In this document: positions 1 through 11,166 of the stretch, piece after piece
Layout of the letters: each line of letters starts with the position of its first letter
Numbering within the stretch: position 1 is the first letter of the stretch
Assembly: GCA_965222375.1 (NCBI GenBank)
Contig: CBDCTZ010000013.1
Span: 192,001 to 256,000 of the forward strand
DNA: 64,000 nucleotides
Direction: 5' to 3'
Source: Polyangiaceae bacterium
Lineage (GTDB): Bacteria; Myxococcota_A; Polyangia; Polyangiales; Polyangiaceae
Made by a program: the position numbers and the translations under genes
Notes under the pieces: generated by a model
What the model was told of the DNA's origin: nothing
Databases searched by the model: none
Seen by the model: only the letters and a program-made list of their open reading frames with translations

Positions 1-76
1 GTTCACGGCATCCGCCCGAAAAGGCCAGCGAGCACAAAATGGTGGCGGCGAGGACAGCCCCTTGGCGCGTCGCCAC
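1..76 (-). CDS. 5' end of a probable lipoprotein running off the left edge
   Basis: Minus frame from GTG at 76 (or ATG at 190) reads VATRQGAVLAATILCSLAFSGGCRE: hydrophobic signal plus lipobox-like Cys, open at the edge. Confidence 0.4.
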   Translation of the reverse strand, partial: MATRQGAVLAATILCSLAFSGGCRE

Positions 77-423
77 AGCGCCGTTGCGCCCCGAGGAGGA
101 CCGCAACCGCCCGAACGTCCCCCGTTGGTGGAGGAGAGGTCCGTAGTCGCCCGCTGAGGGCGCCGAGCGAAGCGCGCGCCTTTTCTGCATCAACCGGACC
201 TTGGAAGCCTCGCATAGCAAGCACCAGCGCCGCAGGCCAGGTGCTGGAGGGGAAGTCGGGCACGTCAGGTGTCGAGAATTCGGCGGTTTTTTCGCCCTCC
301 GACTTGAGACGCGACGGCCGCTGGGCTAGTTCCGGCCGGCGATTTAGGCCCCACGGCGGTCCCGGATTTCGCCTCCCCCCTTCCCTACCCCTTCCTCCCT
401 CGACCGTCCCCCATGTCCGCCTC

Positions 424-3024
424 ATGCTGACCTTTTTCTCCGCTCGCTGGACTGCGCTGCTGCGAGTCGTCGCGGCGCTTGCCGTGGCGCTCTGCGCCAA
501 TGGCGCGGCCCACGCGCAGCCCGCCAGCGCGCCCAAGGCAGGCGGCCAGCCCAAGCCCGCGCCGAAGGCGGGAGGGCAGCCCGAGGGCGCTGCGAAGGGT
601 GCCAGTGCAGGCAAGACGGCACCCGTCGCGACCGCACCTAGCATCCAACTGCCCCCGTCCGAGGCAGAGCGCGCCCGCGGATTGCCCATCCAACGTATCG
701 AGGTCGGAGGAAACCGGCGCGTGACCAAGTCGGACATCCTGACCTATCTGCGCGAGCGCGTTGGTCAGAACTTCGATCCGGACACTCTGTCCAAGGACGT
801 GCGCGAGCTGTGGAATTCCGGCTTCTTCGACGACATCCAAGTGGACCTGGATCGGGACGACGATGGCGTGAGCCTCCGCTTCGTCGTGCAGGAGCGCCCC
901 AGCATCAGCCAGGTCGTTTTCGAGGGTAATTCGGAGATCGACACCGAGGACTTCACGGAAGCCATCGAGGTCAAAGACGGGACCATCCTGAGCCGTCCCG
1001 CAATCCGGCGCACGATTCAGAAGATCCGCGACATGTATGCGGAAAAGGGCTACTTCCTCGCCGACGTCAAAAGCGAGGTGATTCCGCAAAGAAACAACGA
1101 AGTCGTGGTTCGCTTCTCGATCAAGGAGCAGTCCCAGGTCAGCGTTCGCCGCATCACCTTCATCGGCAATCACTCGATTCGAGATGAAGAGCTGCGCGAA
1201 GTGATGTTCACCGGCAACGCAGGCTTCTTTGCCTTTGGCTCCGGGGGCCCCTATCGGCAGGACGCCTTCGAGCGCGACATCGCGGTCATCAGCGCGCTGT
1301 ACTACGACCGCGGCTATCTCACGGTGTCGATCAGCACCCCCCGAGTGATGCTGACCCCGGACAAGAGCGGAATCGAGGTCTCCATCACGATCAACGAAGG
1401 ACCTCGCTATCGCATCCGTCAGCTGCGCGTGTACGAGCGCGGCCCGAGTGGCAAGGAGGTCGAACCCATCGACGGTCGACGCGCCCTCGCTGCCATGATC
1501 CGAGCCCGCCCGGGGGACTACTTCAACCGAGCGGAGCTGCTGGAAGATCTTGGATCGATCCGCACCCTGTACCGAGATCACGGCCACGCGAACGTGGAGG
1601 CCAACCCCCAAACCCGCCTCGACCAGGAACGCCACGAGGTCGATATCGTCGTGCCCATCGTTCGGGGGCCCCTGGTGTACTTCGAACGCATTGAATTCCG
1701 CGGCAACTCCAAGACCCGAGACAAGGTGATTCGCCGGGAAATGGAAGTGACTGAGGGGGAGCTGTTCCACGAGACTCGCCTGGAAAAATCCCGGGGACGC
1801 ATCACCGCTCTCGGTTTCTTCGAGCGCGTGGACATCTCGACCGAAGAAGGCTCCGCGCCGGACAAGGTACAGGTCAACATCGAGGTCACCGAGCGTCCCA
1901 CCGGCACCTTCCAGGTCGGCGCCGGTTTCTCCAGCATCGAGAACTTCATCGCCACGGCCCAGGTCCAACAAGCAAACCTCTTCGGCTACGGTCAGAGTCT
2001 TTCCCTGCAGGCCCAGGTCAGCGGCTTGCGCCAGTTGGTCAATCTTCGCTTCTTCGAGCCCTACTTCTTGGACAGTCGGTTTTCTGCCAGCATCGACCTC
2101 TTCGATCAGTTGCGGATCTTCAACGACTTCTCACAATCCAGTCGAGGTGGCTCGCTGACCTTCGGCTACCCCCTGGTCTCGCCCGAGCTCACGGCGTCCA
2201 TGACCTACACGGGAGAGCTGGACGAAGTCAGCACTCAAACTCAGTCCACGTTCTTGGGCACTTCGAGCGCCGTCAGCGTGTTCACCCGCTTGCCCCTCGC
2301 CAACCTGTTCAGTGATGGCTTCACTTCCAGTCTGCGTCCGGCGCTCACCTACGACACCCGAGACAATCGACTGTTCCCCACCGCAGGACTGTACCTTCGG
2401 GGCTCGACGGAAGTCGCAAGTTCCACCCTAGCATCCGACAACGAGTTCATTCGCCATCGCTTCGTCGGCCGGTTCTACTACCCGCTGACGACGGGCCTGG
2501 TGCTCAAGCTGAACACCGAAGGCGGACACGTCACGAGCCCGAGCGAAGAGGGCGTGCCAATCTTCGCGCGCTTTTTCTTGGGCGGGATTCTCGACGTGCG
2601 CGGCTATCGCTTCCGAACGATTGGCCCGCGCATTCCGCTCACGGCCAACACCGATCCCAATAGTGCGCCGATTCGCAACGGAGCAAACATCGGCGGCAAC
2701 TTGATGTACTTCCAGAACCTGGAGCTGGAGTTTCCGATCCTGGATAAGGTCGGCATCCGCGGCGTATTGTTCACGGACGCTGGCAACGCCTGGAACCTCG
2801 AGGATGTCTACTGCGAGAGCACCAAGGGCAACGTGCGCTTCGAGGAGGTCAGCCCCTGCTTCAATGGGCTCGATAGCTTGGCCAATCTGCGTACGTCCTG
2901 GGGTTTCGGGATTCGCTGGTTTTCCCCCTTGGGCCCGCTGCGGTTCGAGTGGGGCTTCCCCTTCGACCCACTCCCCTACGAAGAGACAAGCGTCTTCGAA
3001 TTCACCATCGGAAACTTCTTCTGA
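424..3024 (+). CDS. bamA: Outer membrane protein assembly factor BamA
   Basis: Signal peptide, POTRA repeats (IEVGGNRRV, FEGNSEI, FRGNSKTRDKVIRRE), VRGY motif, C-terminal FEFTIGNFF; ATG 424 preferred over ORF start 241. Confidence 0.97.
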   Translation: MLTFFSARWTALLRVVAALAVALCANGAAHAQPASAPKAGGQPKPAPKAGGQPEGAAKGASAGKTAPVATAPSIQLPPSEAERARGLPIQRIEVGGNRRVTKSDILTYLRERVGQNFDPDTLSKDVRELWNSGFFDDIQVDLDRDDDGVSLRFVVQERPSISQVVFEGNSEIDTEDFTEAIEVKDGTILSRPAIRRTIQKIRDMYAEKGYFLADVKSEVIPQRNNEVVVRFSIKEQSQVSVRRITFIGNHSIRDEELREVMFTGNAGFFAFGSGGPYRQDAFERDIAVISALYYDRGYLTVSISTPRVMLTPDKSGIEVSITINEGPRYRIRQLRVYERGPSGKEVEPIDGRRALAAMIRARPGDYFNRAELLEDLGSIRTLYRDHGHANVEANPQTRLDQERHEVDIVVPIVRGPLVYFERIEFRGNSKTRDKVIRREMEVTEGELFHETRLEKSRGRITALGFFERVDISTEEGSAPDKVQVNIEVTERPTGTFQVGAGFSSIENFIATAQVQQANLFGYGQSLSLQAQVSGLRQLVNLRFFEPYFLDSRFSASIDLFDQLRIFNDFSQSSRGGSLTFGYPLVSPELTASMTYTGELDEVSTQTQSTFLGTSSAVSVFTRLPLANLFSDGFTSSLRPALTYDTRDNRLFPTAGLYLRGSTEVASSTLASDNEFIRHRFVGRFYYPLTTGLVLKLNTEGGHVTSPSEEGVPIFARFFLGGILDVRGYRFRTIGPRIPLTANTDPNSAPIRNGANIGGNLMYFQNLELEFPILDKVGIRGVLFTDAGNAWNLEDVYCESTKGNVRFEEVSPCFNGLDSLANLRTSWGFGIRWFSPLGPLRFEWGFPFDPLPYEETSVFEFTIGNFF

Positions 3025-3084
3025 GCCTGCAATTTGAGATTTTTCGTCGACGCCACGGAAATCCCGGGAAAATATGCGGTTCAG

Positions 3085-4038
3085 GTGACCTCTTTCCATC
3101 CCAGCCTGGCGCCCAAACCAGACGTCGTTCTCATCGTGGATGACGACCCGGCGGTGCGTACGCTGGCAGCTAGATGGCTTTCCCAGGTGGGAATCCAGGT
3201 CGTGGAGCTGGATCGAGGCGAAGCCGCTCTGGCGTGGCTGGCGGAGTCCTCGGACAAGGTCGCCGCCGTCGTGCTCGACGTCATGATGCCCGGATTGGAT
3301 GGGTTCGAAGTTCTCGCGGCCATGCGCGAGGAGCCGGCAACGCAGGACATTCCCGTCGTCTTGCTCACCGCGCATGCCAACACCGATTCGGATATCCTTC
3401 AGGGAATTGAGCTCGGGGCCTACGACCACCTGGAAAAGCCTTTCCGAGGACCCATCTTGATCGCGCGGGTCAAGGCGTTGGTCGAAAAGCGGCGCACCGC
3501 TTACATCACCCGACTCAAGCTGGAATCAGCGGAGAGCCACGCCCTGAAAGACGCCCTTACGGGCCTGGGCAACCGCAGGCACTTTGATGCCTCCCTGGCA
3601 CGCGAAATTTCGTACACCAGCCGGCACAAGGAGCCCTTGTCCCTGGCAATCGTCGATCTCGACTTTTTCAAGAGCATCAACGACCTTTTTGGTCACCCCG
3701 AAGGGGATCGCGTGTTGGCCCACGTCGCCGGACAATTGCACGACGGGCTGCGCGGCTCCGACGAGGCGTTTCGGCTGGGTGGCGAGGAGTTCTGCTTGAT
3801 CCTTCGCGGGACGGAAGCCGAGGCCGCGGCTGGCGTGATGCGTCGGCTGCGAGAAACGGTCAAAGCGGAACCGATGCAGTTCGGAGATCACGACGAACGA
3901 ACCATCACTTTTAGCGGTGGGATCGCGTCCGCCCAACTGAGCAACAACTTCAGCGTGGTGGACCTGTTGGACCGCGCGGACCGCGCTCTGTACCGCGCGA
4001 AACAAGGTGGCCGCGACCGAGTCGAAGTCGAGGAATGA
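3085..4038 (+). CDS. REC-GGDEF response regulator diguanylate cyclase
   Basis: REC (VLIVDDD, LDVMMPG, KPF), DALTGLGNRR, RGSD I-site upstream of GGEEF; start uncertain (3034-3085). Confidence 0.93.
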   Translation: MTSFHPSLAPKPDVVLIVDDDPAVRTLAARWLSQVGIQVVELDRGEAALAWLAESSDKVAAVVLDVMMPGLDGFEVLAAMREEPATQDIPVVLLTAHANTDSDILQGIELGAYDHLEKPFRGPILIARVKALVEKRRTAYITRLKLESAESHALKDALTGLGNRRHFDASLAREISYTSRHKEPLSLAIVDLDFFKSINDLFGHPEGDRVLAHVAGQLHDGLRGSDEAFRLGGEEFCLILRGTEAEAAAGVMRRLRETVKAEPMQFGDHDERTITFSGGIASAQLSNNFSVVDLLDRADRALYRAKQGGRDRVEVEE

Positions 4039-4069
4039 CTCCGCCCACCATGCGGGGTAGGATCTGAAG

Positions 4070-4456
4070 ATGCCGGAGCGCGTGCAGGGAGACGAGGACG
4101 TATCCACGACGCTCCGTAACCTGGAGCCCCCTTCCAGCGGTGAGAGTGAACGCGAGGAAGATGGACCCGCGGCTTCGGATGCGCCCACGAAGCGGATCAG
4201 CCACGGCAGCGACACGCTGTTGTCGGCGCCTGTGACCAGTCAGGACGATCCAGCCGCCGCCACGGATCGCGACGACACCGGGCATGACCGGCACTTCGAA
4301 GCGCAGGTCGAAGAGCTAGAGCGGCGGACCGATCAACTCGAAGCGAGAGTCCGCGTGCTCGAACTCCGACAGCCCCATTCCACCCCCCGATGGCTGATTT
4401 GGGTGCTCTTTCTGTTCGGTCTCGCGATAGCGTTCCAGCTCTCGCGCCAAATCTGA
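4070..4456 (+). CDS. Hypothetical protein: acidic N-terminus, coiled coil, C-terminal TM helix
   Basis: 128-aa ORF filling the gap; QVEELERRTDQLEARV and WLIWVLFLFGLAIAF. Confidence 0.6.
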   Translation: MPERVQGDEDVSTTLRNLEPPSSGESEREEDGPAASDAPTKRISHGSDTLLSAPVTSQDDPAAATDRDDTGHDRHFEAQVEELERRTDQLEARVRVLELRQPHSTPRWLIWVLFLFGLAIAFQLSRQI

Positions 4457-4620
4457 GCGGGCCCAAACTCGGTGCAAAATTTATCCGGTAACCCATGGAT
4501 ATCATTAGATCTATTTAGCCAACGAAGGCTTGCTGCAGGGCCCGCTCCGCGGTAGCGAAACAGGGTCACGAAGCGGCGCAAATCGGCCATTCTTCGTGGC
4601 TCTGGCAGCCCCCAAAGACC

Positions 4621-7338
4621 ATGCAACAGCCCCCCCCTTCGTCACCCTCGTCCGAGCTACCCATCAGCATCCAGGACGAGATGCGCACTTCGTACCTCGA
4701 CTACGCGATGAGCGTAATCATCGGTCGTGCGATCCCCGACGTGCGTGACGGGCTCAAGCCCGTCCACCGTCGCATTCTCTACGCGATGCGCGCCCTCAAC
4801 CTCACCCCTTCTACGGCGTATCGCAAGTGCGCACTGGTCGTCGGAGAGGTGATCGGCAAGTACCACCCCCACGGCGATGCCGCCGTGTACGACTCCCTAG
4901 TGCGAATGGCCCAGGATTTTTCCATGCGCCATGCCCTCGTCGACGGCCAAGGAAACTTCGGATCCATCGACGGCGATCCGCCTGCCGCCTACCGCTACAC
5001 CGAAAGCCGCATGGCCAAGATCGCCATGGAGCTGCTTACGGATATCGACAAAGATACCGTGGACTTCGTTCCGACCTTCGACGAGTCCAGCACCGAGCCG
5101 CGGGTTCTGCCGGCGCGCTATCCCAACCTGCTGGTGAACGGCTCCGGCGGCATTGCTGTCGGAATGGCAACGAATATTCCTCCCCACAACCTCGGGGAGA
5201 TCATCGAAGCGACCATTCGCTTGATTCGGCAGCCCGACACCACCATCGAAGAATTGCTCTCCGTCGTGCCCGGTCCGGACTTCCCGACTGGCGCTCACAT
5301 CTTCGGTCGCGCAGGCATCTACCAGGCCTACAAGACCGGCCGGGGCAGCGTGGTGATGCGCGCACGAACCGTCGTGGAAAAGGTCTCCGGCAGCCAAGAC
5401 CGCGAGCAAATCGTGGTCACGGAAATCCCGTACCAGGTGAACAAGGCGCGATTGCACGCCAAAATCGGCGAGCTCATGCGCGACAAGCGTATCGAGGGCA
5501 TCCGGGAGGCACGAGACGAAAGCGACCGCGAGGGCATGCGTCTGGTCATTGAGCTGAAGAAGGACGTGTTCCCCGAGGTTCTTCTCAACCAGCTCTACCG
5601 TCTGACGGATCTGCAATCATCCTTCGGGATCATCAACCTGGCCATCGTCAACGGCCGGCCGGCGGTGCTCGACCTGAAAGAAACGCTGACCTGCTTCATT
5701 GAGCATCGCCGCGAGGTGGTCAGCCGCCGCGTTCGATACGAACTCACTCAAGCCGAAGCCCAGCGAGAGTTGATTGAGGGCCTTGGCATGGCGGTCACCG
5801 AGGTGGACTTGGTGATCAAGACCATCCGCGAGTCCAGGGATCCCGACGAAGCGCGCACGAAGTTGATGCAGCTGCCCCTGGCTGGATTGGAGTCTTTCGT
5901 TCGACGTGCCGGCCGCCCGGAGGCCGAGATTGCCGCGGCGGCCGCCCGCCAAGACTATCGCCTGAGCGAGAGACAAGCCAAGGCCATCCTGGAGATGCGC
6001 TTGGCTCGCCTCACGGGGCTCGAATACGAAAAGCTAGCCGAAGAGTACGGCAAGCTCTGCGACCAGATTGCAGGCTTGAAGGCCATTCTGGGCGATGAGA
6101 GCCTGTTGATGGACGTGATCGTACAGGAGCTCGAGGAAGTGGCAGAAAAGCACGCTTCGCCTCGACGCACCGAGATCGTCGACGATGAAGCGGAAATCCA
6201 GATCGAAGATCTGATTCAAGAAGAAGACATGGTGGTGACCATTTCCCACCACGGCTACATCAAGCGAACGGCTCTGTCCGAGTATCGAGCGCAAAAGCGG
6301 GGCGGAAAGGGCAACCGCGGCATCGAGGCGCGGGACGACGACTTCGTGAACATGCTCTTCGTCGCGAGCACGCATAGCTTCGTCTTTTTCTTCAGCGACC
6401 GCGGCAAAGTTTACGTGAAGAAGGTCTATGAAGTACCCGTCGCTGCGCGAGTGGCCAAGGGGCGTGCCATCGTCAACTTCATCGGAATGGAGGAGAGCGA
6501 GCGCATGCGCGCGATCACTCCCGTGCCTGGTTTTGAGGAGGGCGTGTTTGTTACCACGCTGACCAAGCGTGGCCAGATCAAGAAGACCGAGATCACCGGC
6601 TACCAGAACTACCGAGCAAAGGGCATCATTGGCGTGAAGGTTGCCGACGACGACCAGTTGCTCTCAGCGCTAGTCACCGACGGTTCTCGGGAATTCATGA
6701 TTGCCACCAAGAACGGCAAGAGCATTCGTTTCGACGAGGGCCAAGTTCGTCCCATGGGTCGCAACGCCGCAGGTGTGAAGGGTATGGACCTAGAAGACAG
6801 CGACGAGGTGGTCGGATTCGTGGCGACAGATCCCGAGCGCACCCAGGTGCTGGCGGTGTGCGAGCGCGGCTACGGCAAGCGCACCCCGTTGGAGGAGTTC
6901 CGGGCCCAGAACCGCGGCGGAAAAGGCATCATCTTGATCGACGCCAGTGAGCGCAATGGCCCGGTCGTGGGCGTCGCCCTAGTCAAGGACGAGGACGAGG
7001 TCATGTTGATCACCGATCGGGGCCAGACCATTCGTTGCCCTGTCGGCGAGATCCGATTGACCGGCCGCAACGCCCAAGGCGTCAAGGTGATGAACGTCGG
7101 CGAGGACGAGCGGGTGGTTGCCGTCGAGCCCGTGGGCGAGCGCCGTGACGAGGACATCGCCGACGATGATCTAGACGAGGAGGGCGCCGGCGAGGGCGCA
7201 GGCGCTCAGGCGAGCGGGAGCGAAGGTGACGCGGGTGGCCCAGGCGCCGAGCCGGCTCCGGAGGAGGCTGCCGGCGGAGACGCAGAGTCCGACGCCGACG
7301 CTGATTCTGCGGAGTCTGACGACGAGCAAGACGACTGA
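4621..7338 (+). CDS. gyrA: DNA gyrase subunit A
   Basis: [29 protein letters not shown] catalytic Tyr, GyrA-box QKRGGKG, pinwheel repeats, acidic tail. Confidence 0.97.
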   Translation: MQQPPPSSPSSELPISIQDEMRTSYLDYAMSVIIGRAIPDVRDGLKPVHRRILYAMRALNLTPSTAYRKCALVVGEVIGKYHPHGDAAVYDSLVRMAQDFSMRHALVDGQGNFGSIDGDPPAAYRYTESRMAKIAMELLTDIDKDTVDFVPTFDESSTEPRVLPARYPNLLVNGSGGIAVGMATNIPPHNLGEIIEATIRLIRQPDTTIEELLSVVPGPDFPTGAHIFGRAGIYQAYKTGRGSVVMRARTVVEKVSGSQDREQIVVTEIPYQVNKARLHAKIGELMRDKRIEGIREARDESDREGMRLVIELKKDVFPEVLLNQLYRLTDLQSSFGIINLAIVNGRPAVLDLKETLTCFIEHRREVVSRRVRYELTQAEAQRELIEGLGMAVTEVDLVIKTIRESRDPDEARTKLMQLPLAGLESFVRRAGRPEAEIAAAAARQDYRLSERQAKAILEMRLARLTGLEYEKLAEEYGKLCDQIAGLKAILGDESLLMDVIVQELEEVAEKHASPRRTEIVDDEAEIQIEDLIQEEDMVVTISHHGYIKRTALSEYRAQKRGGKGNRGIEARDDDFVNMLFVASTHSFVFFFSDRGKVYVKKVYEVPVAARVAKGRAIVNFIGMEESERMRAITPVPGFEEGVFVTTLTKRGQIKKTEITGYQNYRAKGIIGVKVADDDQLLSALVTDGSREFMIATKNGKSIRFDEGQVRPMGRNAAGVKGMDLEDSDEVVGFVATDPERTQVLAVCERGYGKRTPLEEFRAQNRGGKGIILIDASERNGPVVGVALVKDEDEVMLITDRGQTIRCPVGEIRLTGRNAQGVKVMNVGEDERVVAVEPVGERRDEDIADDDLDEEGAGEGAGAQASGSEGDAGGPGAEPAPEEAAGGDAESDADADSAESDDEQDD

Positions 7339-8159
7339 TGGCCCGCTCCAAGGCCGCTCATCGAGCTCCGGAAACTCTCGGGCGCCTAGTGGCGATTCAT
7401 CCAGACGCCCATTGTGAACTAACCCACAAGAGCGCTTTCCAATTGTTGGTCGCCACGGTGCTGAGCGCGCAGAGCACCGACGTCGCGGTGAACAAGGTCA
7501 CGCCGACGCTGTTTTCACAATTCCCCAATGCTCAAGCCCTGGCCAAGGCCCCCCAGAGCCGCGTGGAAAGACTGATCGGTAGACTGGGCATGTTTCGCCA
7601 GAAATCGAAGAATCTGATCGGCCTGGCCAAAGCCCTGTGCGCCGACCACCGAGGACGGGTGCCAAAGACCCTCGACGAGCTGGTCGCACTTCCCGGCGTA
7701 GGGCGTAAGACCGCCAACGTCGTTCTGGGCGTCGCGTTCGGGGCGCCGGAGGGCGTCGTGGTCGACACTCACGTTCAGCGCATCAGTCAGCGGCTGGGGT
7801 GGAGCAAGCAGACCACCGCGGACAAGATCGAACGAGACTTGATGAAGCTGTTCCCACGCCAGGAGTGGGATCGCATCTCCCACACCCTCATTTTTCATGG
7901 GCGCCGGGTATGCAGTGCGCGCTCGCCCGCCTGCGCGGCATGCAAGATAGCGGACGCATGTCCCAGCGCGTTCAATGCCGAAGACGTCGGACGCAAGCCG
8001 CCCCGAGTACGCTCAAATCCCGCGTCGAAAGCAGCAAAGACTCCAAGCGCCAGGAAGGCGGGAGCCAAGAAGGCGGGAGCCAAGAAGGCCACGGGCAAGA
8101 AGGCGGGAGCCAAGAAGGCCACGGGCAAGAAGGCCCGAGCGCGCGCGACGGCTCGCTGA
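7338..8159 (+). CDS. nth: Endonuclease III with Lys/Ala-rich C-terminal tail
   Basis: LVATVLSAQSTD, HhH LPGVGRKTANVV, VDTHV, C-x6-C-x2-C-x5-C Fe-S motif. Confidence 0.95.
   Translation: MARSKAAHRAPETLGRLVAIHPDAHCELTHKSAFQLLVATVLSAQSTDVAVNKVTPTLFSQFPNAQALAKAPQSRVERLIGRLGMFRQKSKNLIGLAKALCADHRGRVPKTLDELVALPGVGRKTANVVLGVAFGAPEGVVVDTHVQRISQRLGWSKQTTADKIERDLMKLFPRQEWDRISHTLIFHGRRVCSARSPACAACKIADACPSAFNAEDVGRKPPRVRSNPASKAAKTPSARKAGAKKAGAKKATGKKAGAKKATGKKARARATAR
8052..8135 (+). repeat. 15-bp coding tandem repeat (KKAGA/KKATG) in the nth tail
   Basis: Units aagaaggcgggagcc and aagaaggccacgggc; 30-bp block 8067-8096 repeated exactly at 8097-8126. Confidence 0.9.
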
Positions 8160-8160
8160 G

Positions 8161-9180
8161 CTACTCTCCCTTCGGCAGCTTCTGGATCAGCTCGTCGCAG
8201 GCGGAATAAGGATCGAGCTCGCGAGCCTCGACTCTAGCGACGAGTTCATCCAGCTCGCCGTGCAGCGTGCTGACGATCGTCTGGGCCAGGGCATCCCGGA
8301 GAAAGCTCAGCAGCGCCTCCCGCGCGCGCTGTTTGCCACGCTCTCGGCCGTCGGGAGTATCTCGGAGCCAGCTGCGGTGACGCCGCAAATCCTCGAGCAA
8401 CTCGTCAATACCGCGATCCCGCGACGCAATGCACTTGTGAATCGGCGGAACCCACTCGCTGGGATTTTGGGTCTTGTCGAATTTGGGACTCACACTCGCC
8501 GCGGTGTGTCCCGGTGTCTTGGCCGCGCTGCGCGAGAAGATATCGGAGCCAAGAGCAAGCATGAGTTCCAGATCCCGCACCGTGGCGTCGGCACCATCCC
8601 GGTCCGCCTTGTTCACGGCAAACACGTCAGCGATTTCCAGGATGCCGGCCTTGATGGCTTGGATATCATCCCCCAAGCCCGGAGATAGCACGACCAGAGT
8701 AGTATGCGCCGCACGGGTGATTTCCAGTTCATCCTGCCCCACGCCCACGGTCTCGATCAGAATCACATCCGCCCCAGAGGCATCGAGCACTCGGGCAATG
8801 TCAGTGGCAGAACGAGACAGGCCTCCCAATGCTCCCCGAGTGGCGACAGAACGAATGAACACACCTGGGTCCTCGAAGTGTCGCTGCATCCGGATGCGAT
8901 CACCGAGGATGGCGCCCCCAGAAAACGGACTCGTCGGATCAACGGCCACCACCGCCACTCGACTGCCCGCGGCGCGGAATCTCGTGATCAGGCGATCCGT
9001 GAGGGTGCTCTTGCCTGCCCCGGGGTTGCCCGTGATGCCGACTAGCCAGGCGCGGCCCGTATGGGGGAAGAGCTCCTGGAGTAGCTCACGGTGACCCGGC
9101 AGGCGATCGTCAACGGCGCGGCAAGCCCGCGCGATTGCGCGGGTCTCGCCGTCGAGGATGCGCGCTGCCAGTTCACTCAT
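8161..9180 (-). CDS. meaB: Methylmalonyl-CoA mutase-associated GTPase MeaB/ArgK (paralog 1)
   Basis: GITGNPGAGKST, DPTSPFSGGAILGDRIRM, ETVGVGQ, NKAD. Confidence 0.93.
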   Translation of the reverse strand: MSELAARILDGETRAIARACRAVDDRLPGHRELLQELFPHTGRAWLVGITGNPGAGKSTLTDRLITRFRAAGSRVAVVAVDPTSPFSGGAILGDRIRMQRHFEDPGVFIRSVATRGALGGLSRSATDIARVLDASGADVILIETVGVGQDELEITRAAHTTLVVLSPGLGDDIQAIKAGILEIADVFAVNKADRDGADATVRDLELMLALGSDIFSRSAAKTPGHTAASVSPKFDKTQNPSEWVPPIHKCIASRDRGIDELLEDLRRHRSWLRDTPDGRERGKQRAREALLSFLRDALAQTIVSTLHGELDELVARVEARELDPYSACDELIQKLPKGE

Positions 9181-9228
9181 GGCTCGAGAGTGTAGCCAAT
9201 TGCCGGGCTACGTGGATCCGTCAGCTGC

Positions 9229-10596
9229 TCACTCTCCCGCCGCATGCTCGGCGCGGAACTCCTCCACCACGCGCTCCACGGTGCGCGTGGTCATGGTCGC
9301 CGCAACGACTTCGGGATCCAGGAGTAGCTTCTGGTGAAGGGCAACATTGGTACGGATGCCACCGACAATCAGCTCGTCCAGGGCCCGCTGCATCCGGCTG
9401 ATGGCGATTGCGCGCGTTTTGCCGTGGGTTATCACCTTGGCCAGCAGGGAGTCGTAGTGCTGGGGCACCTTCCAGCCCCCGAACACTCCTGAATCCACGC
9501 GCACCCCGGCGCCTCCGGGCGGATGGTATTCGTTGATCAAGCCCGGCCAGGGAGCGAGGGTGATCGGGTCCTCCGCCACGATGCGGCACTCCACTGCGTG
9601 GCCTCGAAACTTCCAGGGGCGAGTATCCGGGAGGTCGAGGCGCTCCCCTGCGGCTGCGCGAATTTGTTCCACCACCAAGTCGACTCCGGTGACCATCTCC
9701 GTAACGGGGTGTTCGACCTGAACTCGGGTGTTCATTTCCATGAAGTACAGGGCACCATCCTCGTCCATGAGGAACTCGAGGGTGCCCAGGGTCGTGTAAC
9801 CCGTTTCGCGTACGGCGCGGCGAACCCGCTCGCCCATTTGCGCTCGCCGCTCTTCGGTCATGGCCGGACACGGCGCTTCCTCCAGGATCTTCTGGTGTCG
9901 GCGTTGCAGGCTGCATTCCCGCTCACCCAGGGTCCACACCTGGCCATATTGATCTGCCAACGCCTGGAATTCGACGTGGCGCGGTCGCTCAATGAAGCGT
10001 TCCAGGTACATCTCGGCGTTCTTGAAGGCGGCAAGCGCCTCGGCAGATGCGGACTCGAACGCCCGCCGAATTTCGCAGGCCTCCCGCACGATGCGCATGC
10101 CGCGCCCCCCCCCGCCACCTCGAGCCTTGAGCATGACCGGAAAGCCAACCCGCGCAGCCTCCCGCTCAGCGTGGTCCACGTCCTTAAGAGCCTCACTGCC
10201 GGGTAGCAGCGGCAGGTCGAACTGCTTGGCGATCTCCCGGGCGCTGAGTTTGTCGCCCCAGCGTCGCATGGCCTCCGCTGTGGGACCGATGAAGGAAAGC
10301 CCACAGTTGGCAACGACCTGAGCGAAGGCAGCGTTCTCGCTGAGGAATCCGTATCCGGGATGGATGGCGTCCGCGGCGCTGATCTCTGCAGCGGAAATGA
10401 TCGCAGGGATGTTCAGATAGCTTTGCGCTGCAGGTGGTGGCCCGATGCACACGGCCTCGTCGGCAAAGCGCGTGTGCAGTGCGCCTTCGTCTGCGGTCGA
10501 GTGCACGACGACTGTCTGGATCCCAAGTTCACGGCAAGCGCGGATGATGCGCATCGCGATCTCGCCTCGGTTCGCTATCAGAATCTTCTTGAACAT
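9229..10596 (-). CDS. accC: Biotin carboxylase
   Basis: [50 protein letters not shown]. Confidence 0.96.
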   Translation of the reverse strand: MFKKILIANRGEIAMRIIRACRELGIQTVVVHSTADEGALHTRFADEAVCIGPPPAAQSYLNIPAIISAAEISAADAIHPGYGFLSENAAFAQVVANCGLSFIGPTAEAMRRWGDKLSAREIAKQFDLPLLPGSEALKDVDHAEREAARVGFPVMLKARGGGGGRGMRIVREACEIRRAFESASAEALAAFKNAEMYLERFIERPRHVEFQALADQYGQVWTLGERECSLQRRHQKILEEAPCPAMTEERRAQMGERVRRAVRETGYTTLGTLEFLMDEDGALYFMEMNTRVQVEHPVTEMVTGVDLVVEQIRAAAGERLDLPDTRPWKFRGHAVECRIVAEDPITLAPWPGLINEYHPPGGAGVRVDSGVFGGWKVPQHYDSLLAKVITHGKTRAIAISRMQRALDELIVGGIRTNVALHQKLLLDPEVVAATMTTRTVERVVEEFRAEHAAGE

Positions 10597-10619
10597 GCGT
10601 CTTGCAGCCGCTTTTTGGG

Positions 10620-11060
10620 CTAGCGCAGCTTGAAAAGCTTTTGACCGAACTCGACGCTCTCGCCGTTTTCGACGAGGATTTCCTCGATCGTGCCCGCATG
10701 CTCTGCCTCGATCTCATTCATGAGCTTCATGGCTTCGACGATGCAGAGCACCTGGCCCTTCCGAATTGATGCTCCGACTTCGACGAAAGGGTCTGCATCG
10801 GGAGCAGGCGCACGATAGAACGTGCCGACGAAAGGTGACGTCACGTACTGACTGGCGTCCTCCTTGGCGGCGGGGGGCGATGGCGCTGCGGCCACGGTTG
10901 ACGCATTCGGAGCCGCCACTACCGGCCCACTGGCAGCGCGAGAAAACGAAAGGCGCAACTTCAGCTTCTCGTCTTCGTACTCCATCTCCTGAACGCCGCC
11001 TTCATCCAGCGTCGCGATCAGGTTACGCAGCTGCTTGAGAGAGATCTCCATCTTCGCCAT
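10620..11060 (-). CDS. accB: Biotin carboxyl carrier protein
   Basis: [11 protein letters not shown] and [11 protein letters not shown] biotinylation motif. Confidence 0.96.
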   Translation of the reverse strand: MAKMEISLKQLRNLIATLDEGGVQEMEYEDEKLKLRLSFSRAASGPVVAAPNASTVAAAPSPPAAKEDASQYVTSPFVGTFYRAPAPDADPFVEVGASIRKGQVLCIVEAMKLMNEIEAEHAGTIEEILVENGESVEFGQKLFKLR

Positions 11061-11166
11061 CCTCGCGATCTTCCCGGCAACTTGATGGCGCCGCGAGTGA
11101 TCGTCAGGCGCAGAAGGCTAGTCGCGACGCATGGACAGGACCAAGCCAATTCGCCTGCGAAAACAG

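Noticed and set aside
385..1971. Long antisense or alternate-frame ORFs (e.g. 385-1971, 16823-18541, 45618-46970, 50057-51154)
   Set aside because: Shadow ORFs of well-supported genes, expected in high-GC DNA; no recognisable motifs
4488..4500. IHF-like AT-rich sites upstream of gyrA and at about 12233-12245
   Set aside because: One to two mismatches to a short degenerate consensus; too weak to call
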